A DNA stretch of 64,000 nt from Cyanophora paradoxa CCMP329 (taxonomy: Eukaryota > Plantae > Glaucophyta), in contig QPMI01000621.1 in NCBI GenBank assembly GCA_004431415.1, positions 124,001 to 188,000 of the forward strand, read 5' to 3'. Numbering within the stretch: position 1 is the first letter of the stretch; every line of letters starts with the position of its first letter. The translations under genes were made by a program, and so were the position numbers. Of the stretch, positions 45,962-59,472 are shown piece by piece. Below the pieces are notes generated by a model that was given only the letters and a program-made list of their open reading frames with translations, had not been told where the DNA came from and did not search any database.

Positions 45962-47508
45962 ATGAAGGCGTCCGCAGCTATCCTCCTCCTCCTCGCGTTC
46001 GCCGGCCTCGCCGCCGCGGCGCGCTACGAGTTCCAGGGTGCGCCGGCAGCGATCGCGAACTTTGGCGGCGCCGTAGCTTTGCTAACGTCGCCTCCCCGCA
46101 GGCGTGTACCTGTGCGTCGCTGGCCGGCGCCCGCCGCCCCCTGCGCCCCATCGCCCGCTAACCTTGGGTTGCGTCTGTTCGCGTCCGCCTTCCTCCGCCA
46201 TGATAGGGTGCGTCCAGCTGCTATCCAGGCTTTATAGGCCAAGGTTGCTCCGCTGACGCGGCCGGCGCTGCGCCCGATCGCAGGACTTCTATGACAACCC
46301 AACTTGCTCTGTCCCCAGCGATCCCGCCGCGAAGGCTGCGTCCAAGCAGCACCTGTGGTCATTCTCGTACGAGTGGTGAGTTCTGGGCGCTCGCAGAGAA
46401 CGCTGGTCGGGGCGGCGAATGATAGGGCGCCACCGCAGGCCCATGATGGAGCCCGGCGAGGGCCGGGACACGTGGGAGTATGGCATCACGCCTGCGGACG
46501 CCACTGACCCTCTGAACGTCCCCGGCAAGAAAACGATCGACGACTGCAACTACAACGGCAAGACCAAGACGCCCACCCTCTCCGGCCGCTGGTGAGCAGG
46601 GTTCGGTGCACGCCGGCCAGCCGTGTGCAGTATTCTTATCATCCCGGCCGTAGCGTTTCCACCCTGGGCGCGATCGGCGAGGCGAACAAGAACAACTTTT
46701 ACCGCTGGGGCGCGGACAAGCCCTCGGGCCACGCGCAGGACAAGTACTGTGCGCACTGGCGATTTTTGCACCAGCGCTATCTAGAATGTAGCTCCTGCTC
46801 ACCATCGCTCCCGCAGCCCAGTGGAAGCACGAGCCGTACATTCAGGTCACCTGCCTGGACGCCAAAGGCAACAAGATGGCGGTCGAGGACGTGCGCCGCC
46901 CAGCACTGCTGCTGCGCTTCCGACGCCGTCTCCCTCGCTGACTGGGCCTGGATCGCCCGCAGGAGAGCACCTGGGCCACGACGTCGGTGACCGTGTCGGT
47001 GTTTGCGGGCTATGACGAGAAGAACAAGGGCCTTGGCACCCGCAAGCAGTCGGGCAACGAGTACACCTCGTCCGAGCCCAAGTGGGCCGGCAAGCTCGAC
47101 AGCGCCCCCGACAGCTGGAAGGGCGATGGCAAGGGCGCCAAGATCGGCGGCTCGAACGCTGTCGGCCGCTACCGCTGCTGCGCTGAGAACAACGGCAAGG
47201 CCTGCACCAAGTACGGCTGGGACTTCAAGCGCGACCAGGGCGGCGCCGTCATCTCCGAGAAGGACCGCTGCAAGACCATCACCAACGTGCCCGCTTTCTT
47301 CCCCGGCGTCTCCCCCGTCACCGGCATCGACTACGCGGTCTCCGGCAATACCTTCACGTGCGCCTCGGCCGGCTCTCGATCCTCGCGCCCGCGCCTGACG
47401 CCCGCCCGGCGCAGCGTGGCGCACAACAAGTGCGTCCCTGTGCCCAACTCCAGCACGCGGTGGGTCATCGCCCGGTGTCACATGGAGTGGCGTGAGAACC
47501 GCGCCTAA
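45962..47508 (+). CDS. Secreted Cys/Trp-rich protein of unknown function, multi-exon
   Basis: Signal peptide MKASAAILLLLAFAGLAAA and strongly C/G-ending codons across short exons, ending CHMEWRENRA. Confidence 0.7.
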
Positions 47509-48065
47509 GCGGTCGACCGCCGCCCCGACGTCGACGTATGCTAGTGCTAGGCTTAACAATTAACTAGGCGTAGTCGCCCATATCCTAGTTTCAGCGTAGA
47601 TGCATTTCAGATAGTGTAGAGTTGCGCCCTTGCTTGTGTGACAGACCTGTCCCTGGGGATTTTTTCTCGCCTCCCCTTCGATGTGAGAATCATTTAATGA
47701 TATTAATGATATTTCGGTGAACATGGGACACTGTTTGGTCGACCTGAGCCCCGGGAACGGGTTTAGAATCCCCGCCGGGCCGGGATCCCCGCCCCTCTCG
47801 ACTCAGCTGCATAGACCGCGTCCAGCTGGCCGCCCGGCGGCCGGCCCTCGCGATCCGATGATCGGGCCTCATGATCAGCCTGCGGGGGGTGTGGGCCGGC
47901 GCGGTGTCACACGTGATATCGGTAGGCCGGTGTCACGCAGTGAGCACGTCGACGTCGCAGATCGATTTAAACCAGTTCGTGTTAAATTGGCCAATTAACA
48001 GCATTACCTAAGGCTAGTTAACTGCTCAAGCTCTGCTTTCAAACACTGCCTGCGGCGACTGCTTC

Positions 48066-51000
48066 TTATGCCTCGGAATGTGTAGGCTTGAAACGGAACA
48101 TGCATGGAGACTCTGAGATGGATGCCGGCTCGCTCGACCCCGGCATCGGCGCCGGGCCGTCGCTCAGGAGAGGGCGAGGGGCGCGGGGCTCGGGATGATG
48201 TGCGAAAGAGAGTTCGCCATGTCGGGGCCTGCTCGCCCCGCCCCGCCTCAGAGGACGAAGCGGAGCGCGTAAAACGGTGAGCCGCGCACCCTCGAGCACG
48301 CGGGAGCGCTTCTTGGAGGCGGAGGAGGGGCTCGTCGGGATCGCCACCCCGTTCCCGTTCGTCGCCTGCGCCCCGCCCCGCGTGAGAGGGGCGCGCCCAA
48401 GGCGCGGGTGCTGTACGTCTACACGACCCCTTGGGCGGGGCAGGGCGGGGCGGGGCGGGGCGGGGCGGGGCGGGGCGGGGGCGTGCCTCGTGGGGCCGCT
48501 TGGAGACGAGGAGGAGGTTGTGCTCCTTCTTCGCCGCCTCCGCGCACTCCTTCACCATCTGAGGGGGCGTGAGAGGCGCGCGCGTGAGAGGGCGGCAGCC
48601 AGCGAGGTCGACGGCCCGGGGAGCCTAGCCGGCGCTGGAGCGGGAGAGGGGCCCCCTGGCCCTCCCAGCCCCTCCCCGGGCGGCACGGCCGGCGGCGGAG
48701 CCGAGACTGGAGCGGGAGAAGAGTCCCCTGGCCCTCGAGCTAGAGCCAGAGGTGGCGGAGGGGAGGGTACTACGGGGACGGATCCCCCGCCCCGGAGCGG
48801 GAGCTGGAGGTAGTCCGCGAGGAGCCCGGGCGGGCGCGACAAGTCCGCCCTAGCTAGCCCCCCCGGCCCCCCGCTAGCGCCAGAGCTAGGGCCAGAGCGC
48901 CCCGCCCCGCCCCTCCAGCTAGAGACAGCTAGAGACAGCAAGCAGAGCAGCAGCTAGAGACAGCGGAGGAGGCCCAGAGGCTCCGGGCCCGCCCCGCCCG
49001 CCCAGCCCCCCACTCGCCTCGAGGAAGGCGTCGATCTCGGCCTCCGTGTGGCTCCACGACGTCACGAAGCGGTAGTGGCCCGGGTTCTCCCTGCCGTAAA
49101 GGTCAGCGCCGGGTCTCCAGGGCGGCGGCAGGATTCCAGAGGGGCGGCGCGAGGCGCTTCTAGCTTCTTCTGGGCGGGGCCGCCGGGGGCGGGCGGGGCG
49201 GGACGGCGGCGGACCACCCCCTAGCGCTAGACTTCTTCTAGCCTCTTCTAGACTCGTTCAGGGCGTGGGTGGGCGGGGCGGGGCGGGACGGCGGGGGCGG
49301 ACCACTCGTAGAACTTGGGCCCGCGGGCGCGCAGGGCGTCCGCCAGCACCGACGGCATCTTCACGAAGATCTGAGGGGCCGGGGGGCGAGGGGGCCTCAG
49401 ACGAGATCCGGGGGAGGGGGACGGGGGGGTACGGGGCCGCGCCTCGTTGGCCATGACGGGGTGCAGGAGCTCCGCCAGGTCCGTCGCCAGCAGGCCCTGC
49501 CCAGCCAGGCCTTAGGGGCGACCAGGCGGGGCGAGGGGGGCAGAGCCGACCTTGACGAGGCGGTCGGCGAGGGCGTTGGCGGTGGAGGCGTTGCGGAGCC
49601 AGAGGCCGTCCTCCATGTACGCCAGGAACTGCGCCGAGAAGTACCGCGCCTGCGGGCGAGGAGGAGGTCAGAGCCGAGCCGAGCCGCGGGGAGGAGGTCA
49701 GAGCCGAGGGGAGGAGGTCTGCCGCGCGGTACAGCCGGGGCGAGCCAAGCCGCCCCGGCGCCAAGCCGCCCCGGCGCCAAGCTGCCCCCGCGCTCGCAAA
49801 GGGGGGTACGGCGGACCTTGGAGAAGAGCTGGCCGCCGCGCTTGTGGCGGTAGTCGAAGTCGTGCGCGAGGCCCTGCCCGCCCGGCCCGGCCCGGCGTCA
49901 GCGCGCCCGAGCTCTAGCTCCCCGAGCGAGAAGGCGAAGCCGGGCGATGGGGGCCAGGCAGACTAGGGGCCGGCGGCGGTGCGGGGCGGGGCGAGCGTGT
50001 GAGGCCAAGAGGGGAGGGGCGGCGGCGGAGCCAGGCGAAGACTAAGAGGGGCGGCCTGGTCGAAGAACCTGGTCGAAGAAGATGATGGCCTCCGCGGCGA
50101 GCGCCCCGTTCTTCGTCGCCCCGAAGCTGAGGAGGGGCCCGCCCCGTGAGGCCAGGCGCGGGGGCGGGGCGGGGGCGGGGGCGGGGCCGAGGAGAGAAGA
50201 GCGGCGGGGGCGAGGCCCCTGCAGCCCGGACTAGCTCTCCTAGCCCAGCGGGAGGGGGGCGGACCTGAGGATGTCGACGCCGCAGCGCCAGGTGACGTCG
50301 GCGGGGCTGCAGCCCAGCGCCGCGATGGCGTTCGCCAGCCGCGCCCCGTCCATGTGCACCTTTACTGCGGGGCCGGCGCTCAGACAAAGCTAGACGGAGG
50401 GGCGCCGGGGTGGTCTGGCGCGCGGGCGCACGGTTGTGCTTGTGGGCGATGGCGGAGAGCTCCTTCAGCTCGTCCAGGCTGTACACCGTCCTGCGTGCCC
50501 GGCGCGCTTAGCTTAGCTTGAGCTTGATTGGAGAGAGAGGGGAGGGGCCGGGGCGGGGGAGAGCTCGCACACACCCGCACTCGGTGCTCTGGGTGACCGT
50601 GATCGTCGCCGGCTTGTTGTGGTGCGGCCGGAACGAGAGCGCCTGCGCCGGCGGACCACGCGCGTGCGTAAGCGGCACGGCGGCTCGAGGCGCCGCTTGG
50701 CGGGCTTGCAGGCGCGGCGTAGCCTAGAGACCGGGAACTATCGAGGACATCACGGCGCAGCCTAGGCGGTCCCGCGCGCGCGCACCTGGCGGATCTTCTC
50801 CTCGAGGGTCGCGCAGCACATCTTGCCGTGCTTGCCCGGCACCAGCATCAGCTGCGCGCCGCCTGCCGGCGAGTCAGGCGGGACGGAAGAAGAAGAAGAA
50901 GAGCGGGAAGGAGGAGGAGGCACCGGTGAAGAGCTCGGGGGCGCCGCACTCGTCGATCTGGACGTGCGCGAGCTCGTGGCAGAAGATGTAGCCTGCGGCG

Positions 51001-51526
51001 GGGCGCGTGAGCGGCGCGAAAGGCGCGGGAAGCGCGCGAGTGCTCGCCGTAGCTCGGCGTCATCGCGGCCAGCGCCAGGGCGTTCGAAATCGTGCCCGTC
51101 GAGGTAAGGTAGAAATCGATCTTCGTCCTGCGATGGCGTCAGGGGGCCTCCCCGGTCCCCGGCGGCAGCAACTCACTCGAAGAACTCCTCGAAGCGCTTC
51201 CGCAGCTTGGCGCTCAGCTCGTCGGCACCGTACGGCTGCGCGCGGTTGTTCGCGAGCACGGAGCGGATACCCGCCGACGCGCGCGCACGTTCGAGCCGTC
51301 GTGTGCGTTCGCTGCCAACATAGCCTGCATGATGCTATCGGTGACCCCCGACGCCTGCGGGGCCCGTTAGACGCGCGGACGGCCGCGGCCAACGATCTTC
51401 CGGGACTCACATTGTCTGCGGGGGAAGGGGGCGGCGGCGGACGCGAACGAAGACAAGAGCACGTCAGCAGACGCGCGAGGGACGCTGCTGGACGGCTGGC
51501 GGACCTGACATAAAGTTGTAAGGCAT
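48066..51526 (-). CDS. ltaE: Low-specificity L-threonine aldolase (PLP), bacterial LtaE type, multi-exon
   Basis: YNFMS|[65 protein letters not shown] and RFVTSW. The C-terminal extension is approximate. Confidence 0.9.
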
Positions 51527-52303
51527 CTTGCAGTCCTTCGGCTCAGGCGGGCGGTTTCTCGGGCGGTTGCTACTTGCGGACGCCGGTTGCAACGCTGCTT
51601 TTGAGTGCTCTGCTGCTGCTCTTCTGCTGCCGCGCGCCTCGTCTGCTGCTTGGCCTTTTGTCTCTGACGTCACGCAGGGCTACGTAGGAGATGATTCGAG
51701 TTGCGAACGCAGTAAACTCCTACCCCCTCCCTGCTGCGAGCCAGTGCGAGGCTAGCGCTGCAGCTCATGATCAGCGGCGCGGCTGTGTGCGAGCCAGTGT
51801 GAGCTCGAGCTCGAGCTCGAGGTGCCGCAGTGCGCGGCGCGCACGCTCCCTAGCTATAGCGCGGGCGGTGCACGTAATTAGCTAGCTAGCCGCTGAGCGC
51901 TGCTGTGCATTCAGCTGCGGCGTATTGCCGAGCACGTCGTAGTACTAATTTCATCTAGCGCTCCGAGATGACAAGATGACTTTCCCCTTGTACACATCAC
52001 GTTTTCACAAAAACGCTTGCGAACGGCCCCTACTTCCTGCTGCGGTTGATACTACGATTCATACCTAGTGCCCCACGGGGGGCGGGCGCCGACGCGCGTC
52101 TGCGCGGCGCCGGCGCCACAAAATCCAGAGATACATACGTCAAACTAGTGAGGGGGCCGCGGCCGCGCGGCGGCGCGCCGAGAGACGCGCCGCCGGGCCC
52201 GAGCCCGGCCCCGGAGGAGAAAGCCCAACTAACTCTCTTTATCTTAAATTAGCGAAAAGCCGGTCCGAAAGGACAAGCCGTGCCGCGCCACGGGCCTCGG
52301 GGC

Positions 52304-55300
52304 CTAGCGGGCGAAGCCAGAGGAGCGGGAGGAGGAGGGGGCGAGGGGCCGGATGGAGGGGGAGGAGTTGAGGCGGGGCACGGGGAGGGGCGGGGGCGAG
52401 GGGATGTCTGCGGAGACCTGGCCCCGCGTGACGGCCGCGATGGCGTCGGCGATGGATGCGCCGAAGGCCTGCGCCGCCACCGAGGAGAGCCCGCCGGGGA
52501 CCGGGGCAGAGGGGGCGCCCGGCTCGCTGCGGGAGGACTTGCCGCTCTTCGGGCTCCCCGCCTGCGACGAGGCCGCCGAGCGGGCCGAGGGCGTGCTCAG
52601 CGCCGACCCCGAGGTGCCCCGCAGCGACGACGAGGCCGGGCGGGCGCCGGCGCCGGAGGCGGAGCCCGTGGGGGGCCGGCCCAGCGAGGGGTTGGAGGCC
52701 GGGGCGGGCCCCGCGGCGGAGGAGAAGGAGGCCGAGGGGCTGCTCCCGCTGCTGAACTTCTTCTTCGAGAAGGACTGGAACGGCTGCTGCGAGGAGGCGG
52801 AGGGGGCCGAGGCGGCGGCGAGGCTCAGGCCGCCGCCCGCCCCCGACGCCCCGTGCTGCGGGTACTGGCCCTTGGCGCCCGTGCCCGTCGCCCCCGCGCC
52901 CGCCGCCGCGGCCGCCGCGGCGGCCGCCCCCGGCACTGCGATGTTCTTCCGCCCGTTCACGCACTGCGCGGCGGCGGCGGCGCGGCGTCAGAACGCGCCT
53001 ACGCGGAGAAAAGAAAAGAGGGGGGTACACCTGCTTGGCCTGGCCGAGCTCGACGGCGCGGACGTGCGTGCCGAACTCCATGGAGCGGCGCACCTCCTCC
53101 GCGTTCTCCTCCTCGGGGTTCACGTGCAGGAACATAGCGACCTTCGCGTCCCCGCCTGCCCGAGATTCGATCCGGGATTTGATCTCGGATGGATTTGATC
53201 CGCGCACCGAGGGAGTCGGAGAGGAGCTCGGTGAGGCGGGAGCGGTGGAAGGGGACGGGGGGCGGGGCGACGGAGGTGCGCGCGGCGGCGAGGGCGTCGA
53301 AGCAGGCGGCGAGGGCGCCGAGCGAGGCGTTGATGTGGTCCGCCTCCACGAGCTGCTGGCCCCGCGCGTGGCTCCGCGAGACCTCCTCCGAGCCGGCGAG
53401 GTCGATGAGGGAGAGCTTCCCCGCGTAGCGGTCCCCCGTCACGCGGTGCCGCCCCGAGACGTGCACGGTGAGGACCGTGTGCGAGCGCGACGAGTGATCG
53501 TTCAGCTCCGTCGCCGCCATCACGCGGAACACGTTGCCTGCGCGCATGGATCGAATCAGGTCGAGTCGGGGCGGGCGGAAGGCACGAGGGAGAGGTCGGA
53601 TCAAATCGGCTCGAACCGATGGTCATGACGTTGACGATGTCGTCGACGGTGTTGACGGCCATCGTGAAGGCGCCCGGTACGGTCACGGTGCCGTCCGGCA
53701 GCCGCTGGATCGTCAGCCGCTTCGGCGGCCCGCCGTCCGTGTCCGCCAGCAGGTCCCTCACCTGAGGCGAAGAAAAAGAAGGGGACGTTAGAGAGAAAGA
53801 AAGAGAGAGAGAGAAAGAAGGGAAGGCGCGCCTCGTCGCAGTAGATCTCGACCATGGAGACGGTCATCTCGTACTGGTAGTCGATCTTGCGCTCCGCCTC
53901 GATCGTCTTGACCAGCTCCGTGAGCGAGCGGAAGTTGACGCCGCGGTTCTCGACGGGCCCGACCATCGTGTACGTCTTGCCCGAGCCCGTGCACCCGTAC
54001 GCGAAGACGCAGACGTTGTACCCGTCCAGCACGGACGTGATCAGCGGCTGCATGTCCTCGAAGATCGTCTGCTGCAGCGTCTCCGGCCCAAAGACCCGGT
54101 CGAACTCGTAGCTCGCCATCTGCGGGCGGAGCGCTTCCGTCTCAGCCGCCACTCTCAGAGGAAGATTCGATTCGGATCAGATTCGTCGCGCCTTCCCGTT
54201 GCCCAGCGCGAGGCTGAGCTCGGCCTCGTCGCAGACGCTGACGCAGCTCTTCGCCTGCAGCCGGACCATCTCAGAAGGGGGCGGCAAAGAAGGCGGAGGG
54301 GAGGGGTGGGGGGGGAGGCGGGGTGGGGGGGGGGGGATGGATCAGCCGTACCCCGGAGAAAGTCGGCCGCACGCGCGTGTAGACGCGGACGTTGCCTGAG
54401 GAAGGGCAAAGGGGACGGGGGATCGGTCGCCCGCGGGGGGCCCAGATCTGCACACCCCCAAAGGAAAGAAGCGCGTACCCCGCAGCTCCTGAAGCTTGTT
54501 GTAAAGCTTGCGGCGCTCCGTCATCTCCCTCCGGAGTCTGTGGGTACCCGAGTGCGTGAGCCGGGGTACGTCCGCGTGCAGGGGGCGGGGGTACGGCACA
54601 CCGCTGGACAGTGGCCTCGCGCTCGGCCTGCTCCTTCTCCAGGCTCGTCGCCAGGCGGTCGACCTGCGCGGGACGTCGTACCCCATTCTCTCGCCCCGCG
54701 CCCCGCTTCGTTCGCACCTCGCCGCGGAGCTCGGAGGCCATGGCGTCGCGCTCCTGCTGGAGGGCGGCGGCGTGCCGCCGGACGGCGTCGGCCGCCTTCA
54801 TGCGCGCCTGCTCGAGCTCCCGCGCGAAGTTCGCCGAGAGCTCCGCCACCGACCGCTCCAGCTTCGCCCGCTCCGCCGAGAGCGCCTGTACCCCGGAGGC
54901 GTCAAGGGGGAGGGGGGGGGGAAGCGCCGGGCCGGGCCGGGCGGAGTCGGGCCGGGCCGACCTTGGCGGCGGCGCTGGTCATGATGAGCCCGCGGCCGAG
55001 CTTGGCGTGCTTGCGCTTCCACTCCTCGACCTGCGCGGGGTGTCGGCGTCAGGCCGGACTTCGGGAGGGGGAGGAAGGAAGAAGGGAAAGGAAGGAAAGG
55101 GAAGGGAAGCTCGAGGGGGGCGGCGGGCCTGGCTCATGAGCTGCATGTTCTGCTCGTGGGCGCGGTTCTGGGCGCCCTTCGCGTCCTGCTGAGCGTGCGC
55201 CACACGCGTCTCGAGCTCCCGGGACCGGCTCTGCGGAGGCGGAGGCGCCGGCGCCGTGAGCGCCAGGCGCAGCAGAGGTGCGGGGGGGGCGGACCTGCTC

Positions 55301-55870
55301 GTTGCGGAGCTCGTTGAGCGCGGAGGCGACCTTCTCGGTGAGCACGACGCATTCCCGCTTGTACTCCTCCACCTGCTGCGCCGCCTGCCGGTTCTGCTCG
55401 TAGAGCTTCCGCTGCCCGTCCGTCATATCCTCCGAGAGGCGCGCCACGCGGGCTTCGAGCTCCCTGGATCGGGACTGCGCGGGCGAAAGGACCGCGTGGC
55501 GGGCGGGGAGTCAGCGCGCCGGGCGCCAACCGCCGCTGGGGCTGCCGCGTGGCGGACCTGCTCCGAGGCATTGTCGCGCTCGGCTGCCATCAGCTTCCGG
55601 CGTAGATCATCCAGCTCCCGCTCCATATCCTCGACTTTCTCGTTCAAGGCCTCCTCGTTCCGGATCGACAGCTTGAGGGCGTCGTTCGCAATTGTGAGGT
55701 TGTGGTTCGACCTCCGCAGGGCCATGCTAAGCGACGCCACGTATTCTGGCAGAGGAAGAAGCTGAAAGAAAGGTCAGAAGGGCCGCCCCCCGCTCGCGCG
55801 CTGCGCCCTCGCGTACATCTCGCTCTTGCGGGTCCGCCAGGGCGAAGAGCGGGCTGCCGGGGACCTCCAT
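52304..55870 (-). CDS. Kinesin-14 family motor (coiled coil followed by motor domain), multi-exon
   Basis: RRKLYNKLQELR|GNVRVYTRVRP neck, FDRVF, AYGCTGSGKTYTM P-loop, NDHSSRSH, LIDLAGSE and PFHRSRLTELLSDSLG. Confidence 0.93.
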
Positions 55871-56229
55871 GCTCCTTTGAGTGTCTACCATAGCTGTTCT
55901 GAACACGCCTCCCTTCAGGCCGAGCTGCGCCCCTCCTCGCTAGCTCTGTAGCTCCCACGCTCCTCTTCGGCCGTTATCGCTCCGAGTGCGCAGAAGGGCT
56001 TTTCGGCGGCACTACAAGCCGAGAATGCGAGTTTCGCGGGCTCGTGCGGGCTCCGCGAGGACTGCTTTTGAGACGTTGCGCCGATGTAGGCTGTACCCCG
56101 TTGCGGCCTCGTTCCGCGATTGGCTCGATCTGTCAGGTTAGAGCGATCGGGTCCCGCAGGCCGCCGCGCGCTCCCTTGCTAGCTCGCTCAGCTGCACACG
56201 CATACCGGTAGAAGAGTCGTTCCGACAGC

Positions 56230-58163
56230 ATGGAAGCCGGCTTCGCGGCGCAAGCGCTTCGACCACACGTCAGCTTCGCTCCGGCCCCACTTGCTCCCGA
56301 TGCCCGCACGTACTGCGACGCTTCCTCGCGCCTCGGTTGGTTCCGTGGCGCGCCCTGCACTCCTGCAGGCGTTCAGGGCGCGCGGCGTGCGCCATTTGTG
56401 CGTGGGGCGCGGACGTTCGCCGCACGCCGCACCGCTCGACAGTTCCACATCGGAGGCGTCCTCTCGGCAACTGTTCCTCGGGCGAGCGCTCCCGAGCCTC
56501 GCCCTAAGCGGCGCTCCTCCGCGCTTCTCCTTTCCAGCGTGCTTGCCGCTGTGAAGAGCGTGCCGTGGCGCCGTCTCGCGCCGGTGCCCGTCATCGTCGC
56601 CATCGCGTACATCCTCGCCTCCCGCCGCGCAGCGAGTGCGCAGGCATCCCCTTTCTCGCTTACATTCGCTTCTCTCTCGTGCGGATTCATCGATACTCTA
56701 GCAGGCGCAGAGCCCCGCATGGTCCTCGTGCTCCGCGACGGGCTCGAAGTCGACGTGGCGTCGGGCTGCCTGGACCTGGATCTCGAGCCCTGCCAGCCCT
56801 CCGCGCTCGCCGCCCTGGCGCAGATCGCTCCCCTCGTTTGCTTCGGTAATCGCCTCATCGTTGTCGTTCCCTCGCTCCTGACCGGCGCGCCTCCGGATCC
56901 GCAGCTCTGATGCTCGTCGGGGTGGCCTGGCTCTTCCTGCGGCGGCGTACGCGGCCGGAGGAAAGCGCAGCGACAGCTGCCCAGGCCGAGCCACGAGGCG
57001 CCGTCACTGCGGCGGAGGCCCTGCGCGTGCGTGTCGCCACAACCCTCAATCTTCGAACGCCTTCGGCCCCCTCACCGCCTCTGACGCCCGCCGCCGCAGG
57101 AGCTGCAGCGGCTGCGGCACGCGCGCGGCCACACCGGCGGCCTGTGCGCCCTCTGCTTTGAGCGCGTCGCGCGGCCCTCCGACGGCACCCTCTTCTGCGG
57201 ACACAAGTGCGGGCCCTGAAGCATCACCCCCCTCCTCTCCCGCCCGCAACGTCCGCTGATGGCTACCGCAGCTTCCACCGCGCCTGCCTCGAGGAGCGGG
57301 GACTCGGGGGCGCCGCGGACCCCTGCCCCGCCTGCGGTGCCCCCGCCCCTTCAACCTCGCCCTCCAGAATCCGTCTGACGCGCCGGCACGCGCCGCGCAG
57401 GCGGCGCCGAAGAGGGCGAGAACGTGAGCGGCGCGTACCTCCGCCGCTCGCTCCGCGTGATTCGGGCGCGCCCCAGCCCTCGCCCCCTCGTCCCCGCCCG
57501 CCCGCCCGCCCTCCCTCCCACTCTGAGCCCGGGCGGGCGGGCGGGCAGGCGCGGCACGGGGAGGTGGGCGACGCGGCGGAGGCGGCGTTCCTGGCGGCTG
57601 ACTCGCCAGCCCTCTACGAGCCCCACTTGGACCTACTCGTACCCCCCTCGGCCCCGGTGCAGGAGCTCGCCGGGCCGGCGCCGCCGGAGTCGCCGCTGCT
57701 GGAGGACCGGGGCCCGTGTTCCGGCATCTGTGGGGATGTGGCGGGATTGGCGCTCACCGTCACCTCGTACGCTCTCGTGGCGTGGGCCGTGCGCGCCTTC
57801 GCGGGCTGTCCCGCCGGTGACATTGCCCTCGCCGTCGCCCCGGCCCTCGGCTTCGCGTCGGTCGCCGCCCTCCTCCTCGCCCGCCCGCGGCAGGCCTCCC
57901 GCGCCTCCCGCGTCGCCCGCGGCCTCCTCCTCACCCTCGTGCTCGCCACCTCGCCCCACGCGCCCGCCAAGGCCGGCCGCCTCTCCTCCGCCCTGTTCGC
58001 GGCCCTCCGCGTCTTCGTCCTATCCGCCCTCCTCCACGTCGCCGCAGGCGGCCTGCGGACGCGGCCGAGGCCGCCGCCGCCGCCGCCGCGCGCCGGCCGG
58101 GACGCAGGCGCCCCGTCCCCGTCCCCGTCCTCGGGGCCAGAGTCGAGGAAGAAGCCCGAGTGA
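56230..58163 (+). CDS. RING-finger membrane protein with possible plastid transit peptide, multi-exon
   Basis: MEAGF.. transit-like N-terminus, several TM segments, and CALC..CGH|FHRAC..CPAC. Confidence 0.65.
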
Positions 58164-59472
58164 CGCCCGTTCTCGGGGACCGGTCTCCCGGTCCTCCGGT
58201 ACCCCGGGCGCCGGCCCCGCCCGTTCCGGCCCGCCCCTCTCCAGAGCTGTAATTAGATCTGCGCGCGCGCGCGCCCGGCCCCGCGGCCGGCGCCGCTCCA
58301 GTCCGGTCGGCCCTCAAGCGCCTGCAGCCCCCCAGGGGCAGCTGCAGCGGCGCCGACCCTGCCAGCCGCAGCTGCATGCCGGCCTCGCGCTCGGACCCTA
58401 GCCTGGACCGCCCCTCCGGTCGATCCCGCCTTCGAATTCGAAATAATAATTCCCCGGCCTCGAGGCCCGAAACCTGGCGCCGCCGGGGGGCGCGGGCCGG
58501 CGCCGGCCCTTGGCTGCAGTGACGAATTTCGCTCGAGCTCTTGAATTAGCGGCTATGCCCACGATGCGTGTGCCGCGCCCGGGCCTCCGCCAGCGCCGCA
58601 GTACTTGTGCAATCCGATGATCAATTTGCAAGGGGGATACCGATCATCCGATGCCGCGGATCCAGTACTTCAGCTTAAGCTTAGTACTTAGTAGCTGCGG
58701 AGCTTAAGCGGGATCCGGGGACCGGGATCCGGAATTCGAACTCGGTCCGGAGTCCGGAGTCCGGATCCGGATGAACCTGATCGGATCGACCATTCATGAT
58801 TTCCGCATGTGCATGCGCGTGCGCATCGTCGACGGGCCGCGAGCTCCTAGTAAGCCTCCTACTAGTCTCCTAGGACGTTTCATCGGTTCCGCTGACGGCC
58901 GTTACGTGCGCTTAAGGGGCGTCGACCGTACGCGTCGGACGGCGACGTCGACTCGACCGGGTACCGTACGCGTCGAGGCCCCGAGCCTGGGCCCGAGGGA
59001 GTCGAGGCCTATACCGTGTAACACAAAAATATGGCTGATCATGACAGATTTATGTCGTTATAAAACTTGGCCCTTCTCTTGGTGCTGGAGTAGACTAGAG
59101 GCTGTGGCCGGTAATTCACCACAAAATTCTCTTGGTGAAATATGACGCTCTGTGTCTTTCCTTTTTTATTGTCGATTTTGGCTCTTTGTCTTATCTTTCT
59201 TCGTGCTCTTGTCTTAGTTATTTTGCTTTTTTGTCTCTATGCCCCCTGGGCAGCCCCCGCAGTGCTGGTGTCTAGAGACTGTGGCCGGTAATTCACCAAA
59301 AAACAAAATGACGGTCCCAAATTATGTCGTCATGAAAATTTCAGGCTTATATGGGGCGGTTAATTGTATGGGGCGACTCACTGTACCCGTTTTATGACGG
59401 TCCCAAATTATGTCGTTAGATCATGTCCGAACCGACATAATTTGGTACCGACATAGTAAAGTGCCCGTCATA

